Source: Acidimicrobiaceae bacterium
GTDB lineage: Bacteria; Actinomycetota; Acidimicrobiia; Acidimicrobiales; Aldehydirespiratoraceae
NCBI GenBank assembly: GCA_026708645.1
Contig: JAPOUM010000026.1
Location: 513-64,512, forward strand
Length of the DNA: 64,000 nucleotides
Reading direction: 5' to 3'
The position numbers were made by a program, and so were the translations under genes. Positions 63,300-64,000 of this stretch are shown one piece after another (the first letter of the stretch is position 1; each line of letters opens with the position of its first letter). Below the pieces are notes generated by a model. That model did not search any database and had not been told where the DNA came from. It was given only the letters and a program-made list of their open reading frames with translations.

Positions 63300-64000
63300 A
63301 TGTTCAACGCAGCCAAGACCTTCACGCTGCTGGCGCTGCTCGGCGGCTTGTGCGTGGTGATCGGCGGCGCCCTCGGCGGCCAAGCGGGCTTGGTCTTGGG
63401 TCTGATCCTCGGCTTCGCCATCACCGGCGGCAGCTACTGGTTCAGCGACCGGCTCGCCATCAGGTCGGCGCGCGCCGTCGAGGTCTCCGGCGACGACATG
63501 CCCGAGTACTACGAGATCATGGTCAACCTCTGCTGCCGCGCCGAGATGCCCATGCCCAAGCTCTACATCTCGCCAGAGCCTCAGCCCAACGCTTTCGCCA
63601 CGGGGCGCAACCCCCAGAACGCGGCGGTGTGCATCACGGCCGGGCTCATCCAAGCGCTGGGTTGGGACGAGATCCGCGGCGTGCTGGCCCACGAGCTGGC
63701 GCACATCCGCAACCGCGACATCCTCATCGGCTCGGTGGCCGCAGCGGTCGGCATGGCGGTGACGTTCATCGCCAACATGGCGATGTGGGGAGCGATTTTC
63801 GCCGGCGGACGCAACGACCGCGACGGTGGCAACGTCTTCGCGCAGCTGGCTCTGGCGATCCTGGCGCCGATCGCGGCAGCGATGATCCAGGCCGCGATCA
63901 GCCGCAGCCGCGAGTTCCAAGCGGACGCCTCCGCCGCCAAACTCATCGGCGACGGCAAGCCTCTGGCCCGTGCGCTGTCGAGCCTCGAGTCGTATTCGCT
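63300..64000 (+). CDS. htpX: Zinc metalloprotease HtpX (M48 family), 3' end beyond the window
   Basis: GGAGG RBS, then [16 protein letters not shown]..., [10 protein letters not shown] (HExxH) and [13 protein letters not shown]. No stop occurs before position 64000. Confidence 0.88.
   Translation, partial: MFNAAKTFTLLALLGGLCVVIGGALGGQAGLVLGLILGFAITGGSYWFSDRLAIRSARAVEVSGDDMPEYYEIMVNLCCRAEMPMPKLYISPEPQPNAFATGRNPQNAAVCITAGLIQALGWDEIRGVLAHELAHIRNRDILIGSVAAAVGMAVTFIANMAMWGAIFAGGRNDRDGGNVFAQLALAILAPIAAAMIQAAISRSREFQADASAAKLIGDGKPLARALSSLESYS

Overview
High-GC (roughly two-thirds G+C) actinobacterial-type chromosomal segment. Markers are WhiB, ClpS-DUF2017, lysC-asd and a caa3-type cta cluster, so it may be Acidimicrobiia-like. 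Most of the window is core housekeeping: purB, ilvD, tRNA-Phe/Asp/Glu, clpS, ctaA/ctaB, a cytochrome c oxidase cluster (ctaC-D-E, subunit IV, ctaG), a KamA-family radical SAM gene, serS, pdxH, ccdA/tlpA, orn, dut, lysC-asd, tRNA-Pro, selB-selA, fxsA, mrp/erpA, a ybdK-like ligase, potABCD, hbd, ppi, an SDR, a C-N hydrolase, tRNA-Ala and htpX (which runs off the end). Two patches look accessory. (1) 1-7020 is extremely repeat-dense. An 85-140 bp inverted repeat brackets a 4.7-kb cassette (SnoaL-like, OLD/PARIS-like ATPase-Toprim fusion, DUF4143 remnant, ornithine cyclodeaminase). Every intergenic gap of that cassette carries pairs or triplets of a related ~30-nt core spaced 72-74 bp apart. A 1.8-kb ORF-poor tract with AT-rich AGTAAT/ATTACT islands follows, then in-frame duplications of the purB start region. 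(2) 13.6-18.8 kb, beside the tRNA cluster, holds decayed DUF499/DUF1156-type restriction-like genes interrupted by a lower-GC SDH-family Clp-fold protease cassette, plus a lower-GC GPP34-cytochrome P450 fusion gene. The main core-region oddity is a His-ligand-less paralogous oxidase module (subunit I-like, III-like, CtaF-like) between ctaB and ctaC. A second one is a hydrophobic mini-ORF joined in frame by a single TGA to a membrane protein, in a genome that encodes SelA/SelB. No CRISPR array, rRNA, transposase or integrase was recognised. Product calls rest on motif and family recognition by eye, with no database search. Hand-derived coordinates (tRNAs, trimmed starts, repeats) may be off by 1-2 nt.
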